NCBI GenBank assembly: GCA_904063045.1
Contig: CAJFCJ010000001.1
Span: forward strand, 806,001-870,000
Source of the DNA: Dimorphilus gyrociliatus
Taxonomy: Eukaryota > Animalia > Annelida
Reading direction: 5' to 3'
Length of the DNA: 64,000 nucleotides
Shown: positions 52,618 to 64,000 of the stretch, in pieces
Layout of the letters: every line of letters begins with the position of its first letter
Position numbering within the stretch: position 1 is the stretch's first letter
The notes under the pieces: model-generated
What the model was told of the DNA's origin: nothing
The model's input: only the letters and a program-made list of their open reading frames with translations
Databases searched by the model: none
Program-made: the position numbers and the translations under genes

Positions 52618-53698
52618 AGTTCTAGAAATGATGTGGAAGTGGCATAAAGTTAATTGATTATACTGAAACATATGTGATTAATTGATCTACCGAATTTTTT
52701 ATTTACCGTAAGAAACGCAAATGTTAAGCCTATAAAACACTACAAGCGTACATGTGTAATATTGAAAAAAAAGTTGAGAAAATGATGATATCTGGGAATA
52801 TTATTAGCAAATATTTTTAGGCAGGATGAAAAGAATTTGTGGAGGTTATTTCTAGGTTCTCTTCCCAGATCCTTGGGTTCAGATAGGAATGCTTAGAATA
52901 AAAATAGTGAGGATTTATATACTTTGAGGTTTGCCTCTGATATCCCATCATCACTTTACAGTTGCCGAACTGTGTAGTTGATATTTATCCTTAGTAACAG
53001 GATGTTACAAGGTTCAACATTTAGGAAGGTTAATTGAATTATAACTTGGCCAAACCTTAACTAGCAATTAAAGATGAGCCTTCAAGCTGACTAATCAGAC
53101 CTGTGTTTGGCCAATGTTGTAGCATTTTCTGGCGTTGGTTTTAAGAGGTACATGTACAAGTTGCATCAAGTAATATAGTTCAAGCATAAAATATAACCAA
53201 AGTTGTACACTATAAACATTAAACCCCCTGTTCCTATTATTAGACATTCGTTTATATATCTATGATTAATCTAATATTTAAGACAGAAAAAATAAAAAAA
53301 AGAATCTTTTTCCTTAGTGAAAAAGATTTTTAATGTTCGGCCTATCAAAATTTATCGTGTTCCAATTTTTATGCCGACTACTTTTATAGGATATTCTCAT
53401 TTTATCTTCAAGGTTTAACCTAAGCATAATATATTGTACTAATCCTGTTTACTTTATGAACTCTTCATAGGCTTATTTATAATTCTTTTTCAAGTAAAAA
53501 AAACTGTTTTCCATCTAAGAAACGTAGACCAAAAGTCCATTATTTTTTTTATGTTCTATTTATATATGTTTACACTTTAACAAACAAACAATAAAAAGTA
53601 GAGTAAGTTTGCATTTTTTTTCACTTTGTTGCTGTTTATTATTGCTGATCGAATTGAAAATTGTTTCGTTTTTCTTTTTTTTTGCAGTTTATAATTTG

Positions 53699-56600
53699 CT
53701 AACAATTTGGAGGTTTGTTTGAATGAATAGAAGTATCTGTTAACTCTTTGGAAAATCTTCCAGGAAATTTTGTATCTCTTCTAATCTGATATCGATTTCG
53801 AACATCAGCTGAAATTTTTGAATGAAATTCGATTTTTTCTTCATTTTCGTCTAATTTGTTACTAAAATGATTAAGATCTTGACGATTTGAAATGACGTAG
53901 CCTAAATTTTGAAGATCGTTTGTAGAAATGGACAATTTTCCTCGTAATCCTCTTTGTTCATTCATAAATTGCTGTTGAGAATTTTGTTGCCTAAATTGAT
54001 GGATACAATGAGAATGATGTATCGGATAGATATCATATCCCCATTGTTTTTGACAATTCATACACGAAGCATTCCTAAATCCTTTACAAATTGACTTATT
54101 CCGAGCTATTTGAAAATTTGTCGTCGAAACTGAATTATTTTTTATTTGTCCTATACCTAAGTAATTATTTGCCTCATCTGCATTTGGTATACCTATTTGC
54201 ACACATTCTGGAACTGGTACAAAAGCAGCTGACTGTAATATCTGACTCACTGTATGATTATCATTGTAAGGACGATCCATAGTTGACTCACATTCATCTT
54301 CCGTTGACCAATTAATACATTCATCAAGACAATTTAAAATTTGTTGAGATGATAGTTTAATGCGAGGATTACTTTTTAAAGTTGTTTGAGTACCAATTTC
54401 TACTTGTCTTCCTACGTCAACAAGAGTTCTTGTCCTTGACGATGAAGATGACGAAGACACATAACTTGATAAATCTTCCTCTTCGTATTCTGGATTAACG
54501 TTTTCATCTTCCTTTTTCATGCTTAATGCCTTAGCACCACCGGACAATAGTAAATCATCTTCTTTCGATGTTTCCATTTCTTCACCAATGTTTGTAGGTA
54601 AACTTATCACTGAGCACGCTTTATCAATAAAGTTTTTATCTGTGCTAAATGGTTTACATTGAGTAGTTTGAGGATTTATCACATTTTGACCTGGCACAGT
54701 AGGAGCAACAGTCTTTTGAAGATTTTGAAAAGCGTTTAGATCGCATATAGCAATATTAGGCAGTGTAGGCGGGCAACAAGTTCTTAAAAAATTCTCTGGT
54801 TGAGAAGCACACATCGGACCACAATTTGGAAGAACTTTTCTTAACTTCCTTTTCAAGCACTTGTTTACACAATTATTAATAGCATGTAGAACTTCTTCAT
54901 TCAAGTACATAGGGACAATGCTACTTGAAGATTCGTTATCATACGAATTCTCATCTCCATTGCTATCTGAATTTCTTTGTCTGTTTGTCTCTACTTCAGA
55001 CTGTTTGCAGTGGCTTGATTTTGAGATTTTCTCAGAGTACAATCCACCTCTTAAAGATGATTTTCGCTTCGAACTTTTCTTTTCAATGCTCTTTAGTGGT
55101 GAACTTTCATCGTTTTCCTTCGTTTGTCTCTCGGATGACAAAGTACATCTTATTTTCTTTACAGATGTTAAAAGTTCTGTTCCGGTCGTTTCTTCGCCCT
55201 CCTCTCGTTCGCTTGCTTGTTTCTCTTCTCCAACTTCTTCCTCTTCGGGAAATGCTTTTTTGTTATCTTGCGTTTCACAATCAACTGAATCACTTTTCTT
55301 TATTTGAGCTGATAAATGCGATATTATCTCCACAAAACTCGAAACTAACTTGTCTTTTAATGAATTATCAGTAAATTCATTTTTAGAAGATTTTCTTTCT
55401 TCATTTAATCCGCTGAGGCTTTCCTGTGATTTTAAAGTAGATTTCCTTAAACTTTGCATGCGATTTGTTTCTCTTCTCGACAAACTTTTACTTGTTTTTT
55501 GGGTAGTTTGGCTTTCTTGAATTTTAGATGACGAAGGTAAACTTAATTTCTTTGAATTTGTAATCTTCGAAGAGCTTTTAGTTTGTTCTTTATGAATATC
55601 ATCTGATGGTTTTGATGAGTTTCGTTTATATGAACTGGTTGTTCTTCTAGTTGAACTTTTTGACTTTTTAGTTTCATCAGATCCATTTAATACTGAATTT
55701 ATTTCGATTACTCTTTCACGTTCACTCTCCAGATTATCTTTTTCGCTTTCAATGAGATTTTGTGATCCTTCCTTTAATGATTCTTGTTCCTCTTCACCCT
55801 CTTTGTTCTCTTCATTTTCATCTTCTTCCTCTTCTTCGTCATCTTCGTCTCCTACGGTATCTTCATCCTCTTCATCTTCGTTGATCTCATCAACACTCTG
55901 GCCTATATCACTCTCACTTTCTTCGGTATCTGACTGACTATTTTTCGGTGATTCTTCAGACTCTTTAACTTTGCTCGCATCTGAAGGGGTTACGTCATTT
56001 TTCCTTGAACTAATTTTACTTGATCTGGTTTGTTTATCAGATGATATCTTCTTTGATAAAATTTCTGCTTCTTCACGAGTTTCTTGAGTACGATTTTTAC
56101 TATATGATGAAATCGACTGCTTTTCGTCTATGGTTGACAGACGCTCATTATACATCTCTAAGCTTTTCAATCGCTTGGCATCTTCGGAACCGGAATTTAC
56201 TAGGCTTGACCTTTCCGATTCCGCCTTGGAGCCAATTTCATCTGTACCTGGCAATGAATATTCATTTGAATCTCTTCTCTTAGACGAAGTTTTCGATTTC
56301 CTCTCAGTTCCAGTAGAACTTCCAGTTGGGCTAATTTCTTGAACATCAATTTGAATTTTATCCGGATGGTACTTAGAAGAGGAGCGTGATGTAGGTTCCA
56401 TAGAATTTGTTTCTAATAAAGTTAATAAGAGATAAAAGTGAAAAGGATAATTAAACATTACAGACTGGCAGCCGATGATTTTTGATTTTTCTCTTCGATA
56501 CCTGAATTCTTTTTAGCAAAAGTCACAGACTTCTTCCGTAAGCCACCTGATGAATCGCTACCTTCAACATCGCCAGCTGCTTCAGCCAATTGATTTAACT

Positions 56601-57209
56601 TAAAAGATGCTGCTTTCAAAGATTCTATTGTATCTGGAATAACAGGAGCAGGAAAAGGAGGTCTTCCCTGAATATTGTCATTAGCTCTTTGAATATGAAG
56701 TTCGTCCTATAAATAGTTTACATTAAATCATTACAATCTAAAAACAGTTAGTTTATCACCGAAGGAAAAGATTTCCGTTTCTTTCTGACAACTCTTAAAT
56801 GAGATTTAGTCTTGTTTTTAGAACTAGATAAACAATTTTCCATAGTTTCTTCATTAGCATTGTTCGTCAAGTTTTTCTTTGGTTTTACGTTGTTATCATT
56901 AGAATACGAGCATCTCTTCTTAACTAATGCAGATAGAAGATTACTATCATTGGAGATTGAACACGATTTCGAATCATTATTATCTGTTGAATTAGATTTA
57001 ACCAATTCGTTATAGATGTCGTCTTTAGAATTAGAACATAGAAATATTAATTTCTTATCGCCGAATGATTGATCTTTGAATAATTCTCTTAGAGCGGCTT
57101 GTTTCTCATCATTCAATTTGATTGGGAAATATCGTAAGCTTTTTTTGTTACCTTTACTATCATCATTTTTTGTCATTATTTTAAAGTTTTTCTCTTTTTC
57201 AACACTCAT
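53699..57209 (-). CDS. Uncharacterised Ser/Glu/Lys-rich low-complexity protein (~1100+ aa, probably 3 exons including a 2.7-kb last exon)
   Basis: 919-aa ORF plus upstream exon-like segments at ~56465-56708 (DELHIQRANDNIQGRPPFPAP...) and 56748-57209. No recognisable domain. Confidence 0.7.
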
Positions 57210-57505
57210 ATTTTATTTTAATTTGTATATTTCATGTTTTTTAACATTTTTGAAAAAATAAAAATAATTAATAATTATTCAAATTTCTTGTTTAATTTTA
57301 ATATATTTCCAATATTCAAAATTTATATTTACATATATTATTTTATAATGATATTGATTAGTTAATAAGTTATTCAGACAGCGAAAACTTATTCATTTTA
57401 AACGCGAAAATAAAGATCCACATAAAATTAATACTCTATGGAAAATGAAATAAAAATAAAAGAAAGAATAATACTATTAGTAATAGTTAATTGATGCCAG
57501 ATATT

Positions 57506-60500
57506 TTAATTATCATCCAGCCAATTGATAATTTCAAATTCGTGCTTTTTAATCCATTCAATATTGTTTCTAACTATAGCTAGAGATGCTAAACGATCAT
57601 TGAATCCAGGTCCTGCTTCTGGGTACTTTTTATAAAATTCTTCAGCCTTTATGAAAAAAAAACACAGAAATATTATTCTTCAAATTTTCCTTTCCCTATT
57701 TAAGTGAAATGTAAACAAAAACCTCTTTTAGTTTGAGTTCTGTTTTAAACTTTTGTACCATTCCTGGAACCATCCTTTGAAAGTATCTATTTGTTAGACC
57801 AAACTTATTGATGAGTATTTCATAGTTCTCTCTAACCCAATCCCAAGCTGTTGCTAAACCCATTGAATGGCTTGTTACGGACGAGATAAGTGAGAAAAAG
57901 TCTTGCGAACGTACATACTCCTCATTTAACGCTCGATTCATAAATCTACAATTTTTACAAGAGATTAATTAGTCATAGTTCATTTAATAGAATAAAAATA
58001 AAGCTATATTTACCTTAAGAGAATCCATCTTTGTTCAATAGAACTCAATGAGTTAACCAATAAACTTTTCTCCTGGGCTGAAGTAGCATTCAGATAAATA
58101 TTCCAAACTTTATCCCATTTTTCTTCATCGCCCGCAAATCTCATTCCCATTCTATATATCGAGCTTCTTAAATTTGGAGGAATAGGCCTATAATATTCAA
58201 TTGTTTAAATAAATAAGATATAGATATAAAATATGCTAAACAAACTGATTATTCGTTAACCAATTGTTGAATAAAACTGTTGAATTTCTAATGCAAACTT
58301 CATTTCCAAAGAAACAAGCAAGTTCTATAATATTCGATCTCAACAACCTAAAAACAAGAAAGGAATCCCGTTTTAGCGTTTAAAACATTTCATTATTGAA
58401 AAACAGATAATACTTTTCAAGATGATTGCCTTTATCTTCAATTGATAATTCATGAAGTATATTATTCGTTATCTTCCTAAGAAATTTCCTCCATTTTGCG
58501 TAATTATTAGAGTATTCCATTAGAAAGCTTATCCGATCTAAATTTCTCCTTACTGTTGACCATGCTACGAATACTTTTTCATTTTCTAAATATTTTAACA
58601 TATCTAGAGCAATTTTATATTTAATGTGCTGATTTTCGGCCAACACAAAAACATCATTCAACAATCCTATTCTATCGGCATCGCTAAGCGCCTATAAATG
58701 GAAATATAGATTAAGATACTAATATTAATGTAAACCACTAACTGTATGATTCTTTTCCAATAGATCTTTAAATGAATTCCACATTTCTTCCGGATAATTA
58801 ACTCGAAAATATCCATTCTCACCATGATTTAATTTTATCCATTTAGCATTTGCTAATAGTATTTCGGCTATATAAAAAGATATTATATCTTTAAGAAAAG
58901 CCTTGTGTATTGATAAATTATTTATACAAACTTGTTGTTGTTCCGTTTAGCCAAACTTTACCAACTTTCCCCTTGTCATCCGTATAATCTATCCGTACAT
59001 GCCAAGTTCTAGAATCCTTTGAACTACTTTGGAAGAGTTGTTGATGTATAGCTAATTTTGAACCCCTCTTTGCAACAGAGATTAATGGATAACCTGATTG
59101 GACTAGCCATGGTCTTAGAAAATTTCTAACGTTAAGTTGTTCCCTTACAGTCTGCCAAAATGGAAAAATATTCATTAATTAACGAACGTATAGGATTATT
59201 GTTTGCAAACTTCTTGAACACTGTCAATAAACTGTTTCGTATTCATTGTTTTATATTCGTATTTCTTTAGAAATTCCTATGAAAATATAATTCAATTTTA
59301 TCATATTTCAATCATTCCTTCATGTTATAATATACGAATCTCTTACTCTAATTGCTCTTCTGAATAGGTCCTTACCAAGTGTCTTTTCCAATACATTTAC
59401 AATAGACGCTCCCTAAATTTCGAATTATTTATTTTTTTCTTATTAATACTAACAGTAGTTAATTACTATTTAAAAACAATACTTTGCTATATGTAATTAT
59501 ATCAAAAACTGAATTTATCTCGTTTGGACGGCTCAAATCTATTAATATAGGCCTAGCTCCTCCAGAATCAACTCTCATCACTCCAGCTTTCTTCAGTATA
59601 AACTGATCTTTCTAATAAAAAAACAACAACAAAAAATGAATGAAGAGAAAAGGATAATTTTTGTAGATATATAAATTTCTTACAATTTTCCACGACGGAT
59701 TAGCGTCATCTTCAGCTTTAACTTGATAAAAGCTTGCAAAACCTTCGTTAAGCCATAAATCATCCCACCATTCGCAGGTAGCCAAATTACCAAAATACTT
59801 TTAAGTGTTAAAAGTGAAATAGTTTAAGAAAAAGTTGGAGGGGAAAGTAGAAAAAGGAGAAGAATACAAACATTATGAGTTAATTCATGAGCAATAACTG
59901 CTGCAACTCTTTGTTTTCCAGTAGCATCAACCTGATTACTATCATATAGAAGAGAAGTTTGACGATACGATATTAAACCCCAGTGCTCAGTTGCTCCAGA
60001 TGGATAATCGGGAACAGCAATTTGATCTAATTTTGGTAGGTGATAGGTCATGTTAAATTCGTCTTCGAAAAATTTAACCATTCTGGTTGTCATATCCATC
60101 GCAAAGTCAACTTGATCAATAATATGTGGAGGAGCCCAAATGCTAAGCTTTGTTTTTTTAAAAAAAAAAAAACAACAACAACAACAAAAACCAAACTTCA
60201 ATAAACCTTAATGAATACTCAAAAATGTTATTTACAAACCCGTTTTCCGTTTGTTAGCGTTGTTGTTTTATTTGCAAAATCACTTACAGCAAAACAGAAT
60301 AAGTATGTACTCATAACTGGTGAAGTTTCGAATTCTGTAGTTTTCCATGTAGAATCTATATTCCTTTCTATTTGAATAGGCATATTTCCTATAGCTGTAA
60401 AGTTTCGCCAGTGTTTTACTGTTAACTTAAAAGTAGCTTTGTATTTCGGTTCATCAAAGCATGGAAAAGCCTTTCGGGCATCTGTTGGTTGCATCTTTGT

Positions 60501-61484
60501 AGTTACCATCCATCTAAAAAGGGTTTAGACTCATATTTTATAATTAAGGTTATAAGAGGAAAAGTAGAAAGAGTGTATTAAAAGAAAACAAGCCAGAGAT
60601 GGCGCTAATCCTTACCGTCTCTCTCCAGTAATACTATTCGTATAGTTGCTCTTATACATTCCTACTATTCCTCTTACGAGTGATCCGCTAAATGCGAGAT
60701 AAATTCTTACTTTATCCTCTCTGACTAGAGAATGTTTTAATTGAATGACCCAATACTGATTGCGTTCGAAGTAAAACGTCGATAGGATTTCTAATTCGTC
60801 AGAATCCTTGTACACCTGTTTATTTTGTTAAAAGTCTGCTTATTTTACATTTATCCTAACATCATTTTAATCACCTAATTCTGCCATCAATTTATCTAAT
60901 TAAGTGAATAAACTATCATCTTAGCCTTTTTAATGAAAATTCTATTTAGATTTACTTTGTCTCTAGAATAAACTTAACATACATTTTTATTTTTAGACGA
61001 TAAAAATCCATTGATGAACTTTTATGATACTTATTCAATTATCTAGATGTTGAAATATGTAATCACGTGACTAAATTACGTACTAAGAGAGAAATTTTAA
61101 TTGATAAACTGAAGAATTATGTTTTCTTACCTTTGTTTCGGATATCGTTAAGTATTTGGTATGAACAACTAGTTCGTTAATTGATCCTTGTATATCAACA
61201 TCTATGTTCACTTTTCCACTATACGAACTACCGTCGTGATAGAAATCGGGAAAAATATCCAAATCGTAATGTCTTGGTATAGTTATTTCGGGTAAACGAG
61301 AATTATTATGAATTTGTTCTGGTCGAGAGACTGGAGGTTTAACTTCGTCGGAGCATTTTCTCTTAGGTATTAACCCGGCCATTAGTCCTACAGCCGTTAT
61401 AATAATAATAACAAGTAACGTAAGAATAATAGCTCTCGACTTGGAGATATAAAAGCCAGCCGGTTTCCGTAGTTGTTCCCCCAT
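57506..61484 (-). CDS. M1-family membrane zinc aminopeptidase (aminopeptidase N / TRH-DE-like type II membrane protein), multi-exon
   Basis: N-terminal signal anchor (AIILTLLVIIIITAVGLMAGL), RLP..I.PRHYDL, TKMQPTDARKAFPCFDEP, SPVMSTYL, GATEHWGLI, HELTH...WWDDLWLNEGFA (HEXXH-X18-E), C-terminal NIEWI. Confidence 0.93.
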
Positions 61485-62327
61485 CCTTTCTCTATTTCTT
61501 TTCCTTTGCAAATGAGCGCAATTTTCGTTGCGTCCGATTAGACAGTGGCGGTTTTATTAGATTAGATATAACAGGTGCGGCCACGGGAGCGCTCCATTCT
61601 AAAGTTGTAAATAAGCATGCTCATTTATAAAGCTGTTTAGATTATTTTATTAGTACTTTATTTATCCTTTATTTCTGTTCGGATATTTCTCAGTAAACAA
61701 TAAACAATCAACTATAGATTTAACATTCTTTTATTTTTCAATGAACATATGAAAATAATAACGTAGCATCTGTTTCCAATGTTTAGATTTTTTTACAGGC
61801 AGAGATCATATCCTCTTAATCTGTAATTTTTATCATTCTTCGATAAAGAGTCGTTTCGCAAGTGTCTAATCAGCTAACTGCTTATTCTGATAAGAGATTC
61901 GGCATCAGAATTCGATACTTTAAAATAAAAAATAGTTCGAGAAGAGAAAAACAATTCTCCAGGGATGCAAATTTTATATTCCTTTCACTCAACAACATCC
62001 CTTTGCCTAAGAAAGTAACTTCAATTGGATAAGTATTGCAATAATCATTAATGACGTAGGAAAAGGATTTTATCAAAAAAATACCCACAAGACTGTTAGT
62101 TTGGCTTTTAAGAAATTTTTTGAAATGCCAATAGAAGTTTTAAACAGCGAAAGAAATAAAATAATAAAATAAGAATTCTAATTATTTCAATTAAAGAGCA
62201 CTGGAGATTTTAATTTCTTATTTGACAGGTCAATTTTTACAAATTTAGATGTTCGATGATCCTTCATTTTGCATAATATATAGGACAATTACAGATTAAC
62301 AAAATCGACTTTTATATATACAAAAGT

Positions 62328-64000
62328 TTAATTTTTAACTTTCTTTTTCTGTATCCTCTCTTCGCTGGAATCTGCGGAGGAATTTCGTTTTCTTGGTTCT
62401 TTACCTACTCCATTCATTTTTCCCATAGTTTTATTTGTTTTTAAAGCTTTCTTTCTTAATTGTTCGAAGCCAAGTTTTGCACATTTTCTCCTGAATTCAG
62501 CAAATGGTAATTCTAATTCCTCATCGCTGACTGTTTCAGAAACTCCTGCTTGCTTTCGCCATATCTTTTTTAATTTTTTCATTGGCTGTTTAATTATTAA
62601 CAAATTTTTTAATAGAGTTAATCATATGTCGATTTTTAAATACAATCTTACCGGCTCTGGAAAAGACTTTGCAAATTGTTTGAAATTTGGACAATTTCTT
62701 ATTTTTTCTGTAACACCGCATATATCTATGAACATTTTCGGTTTGTCATTCATAAGTGTGGTAGCCAACTGGAAACAAAAAAATTTCAATGAGCGAAATA
62801 AATAATCTTTTTGTTAAGTTTAAGATAACGAACATTGTATAGTCCTTGAAGTAGTTGAGCGATTCTCTGACCAAATACAATATTCTGATTCTGTTCAAAA
62901 AGCATTAAAATAAAAAAAAACACTTTATAATTGACTGATCTGGCTTTTAAATTTTGTGAAAGGTAACCTTTGATTCATTCACGAGGCTTACATGCAAAAG
63001 ATTCCTGATTACCATGTACTGAAAAAAAAAACGTTTATCTTTCAATTTCTGTTATTTACGGAAGATTTATTCTCACCGCGTATGGTTTTCTGTGTGTTTC
63101 TAGCACATTGATTATTGTTGGCCAAAGGAGAAGGGTTAAATTCTGCAGTTTACGTCAAATAAAACATTAAAATTCACTAGAATATGCATTTAAAAAAGAT
63201 AACAATTACCATACTCCTTTCCAAGAATTTACTCAGAGAAACTCTAATAATATTACTAGAAAGAATTAAGGAAAGTATATTAGCACTAAAGGAGATAGGG
63301 AAGTGTTATGAACTTACTTTTTTGATAGCGCGATAGGGATTAAATCAGTAACTAATTGAACGTAATTCTCCATTCGCTCTTCAAAGTGCTGGCCATGCTC
63401 CTCTTTTGTTGATGAGCATATTGTACTACTTAGTAATTCGATAACCTTCATATAATCATTAAATGGCTCTCCCTCAATTTTTGCTGGGGCTAAGATATAA
63501 AAACAAAAGTTATTTCCAACTATATTCTAATTGAAAGGTGTTTTTCGACATACAATGTGTGAAAAAGTCGAATAGATTGCGAATGAAAGTATACACTTCG
63601 CCTGAGAGAGTTTCGTCGATAACAGTTTGCTTGGATACTTCTGCAGAGAATTTCTTTACCAACTTAGTAAAGGTTTGAATAAAAAAGATATTTCTATCCT
63701 TAATGGAAATATTTGTGCACCTCTTTAACAAAACATTGCATATTTCCTATAGATAAAAAAAGTAGTCCTTAATTTTTTGTATAATTAGCTAACTTATAGA
63801 ACTCACCAAGGCGAAGAGGGGGTCTAATGAAGTTTCACCACAAAATCCTCTTGAAATAATTATGAGGAATCTAAAGATACATAACATGTATTTAGTACAT
63901 ATAATATATAAATTTGCTTTAAGGTAAACTAATAAAACTACCTGTTCATGAAGTTAGGGTAAAATGTTTTCAGTTTACGCTCTTTTTCGTTCTGAATGGA
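62328..64000 (-). CDS. 3' part of an unidentified multi-exon gene (helical protein with basic, NLS-like C-terminus); 5' end outside the window
   Basis: Several GT-AG-bounded open exons (EICNVLLKRC..., LAPAKIEGEPFNDYMKVIELL..., ...KKALKTNK...IQKKKVKN*). No motif recognised. Confidence 0.65.

Noticed and set aside
52800-53230. Slightly GC-richer intergenic stretch that looks like decayed coding or transposon sequence
   Set aside because: All frames have frequent stops and no recognisable motif.
54861-55374. Plus-strand ORFs of ~148-149 aa
   Set aside because: Antisense shadows of the low-complexity 919-aa ORF.

Overview
This is eukaryotic, not prokaryotic, DNA. It is an AT-rich, gene-dense animal genome segment with short GT-AG introns (mostly 50-100 nt). 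The style fits a compact invertebrate, probably lophotrochozoan, genome (inference; a miniature annelid such as Dimorphilus would fit, unverified). I reconstructed about 22 loci by hand-splicing. In order: MICAL (3' end runs off the window), TMEM35/NACHO, a glypican, a tandem GNAT acetyltransferase, an orphan or frameshifted locus, a mitochondrial-clan P450, a strongly diverged and shortened AP-2 alpha-adaptin paralog, a decayed SLC22 pseudogene, SLC10, MIX23/CCDC58, RNF7/RBX2 copy A, DGCR6, inositol monophosphatase, TMEM230, RNF7/RBX2 copy B, MMGT1/EMC5, an FMO, DLEC1, GDP-L-fucose synthase, a MANSC-domain membrane protein, a large low-complexity orphan, an M1 aminopeptidase and a partial unknown gene. 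The most notable observations are four. (1) IMPase has two 152-nt, same-phase, frame-incompatible copies of its active-site exon (mutually exclusive exons) that differ at a substrate-binding residue. (2) The two RBX2 paralogs have heavily diverged first exons but a perfectly identical last 105 nt, suggesting gene conversion. (3) The AP-2 alpha paralog keeps the trunk, PIP2 site and ear platform but lacks the hinge and ear beta-sandwich. (4) MICAL has a candidate alternative terminal exon encoding a hydrophobic tail. All homology calls are from recalled family motifs; no database search was run.
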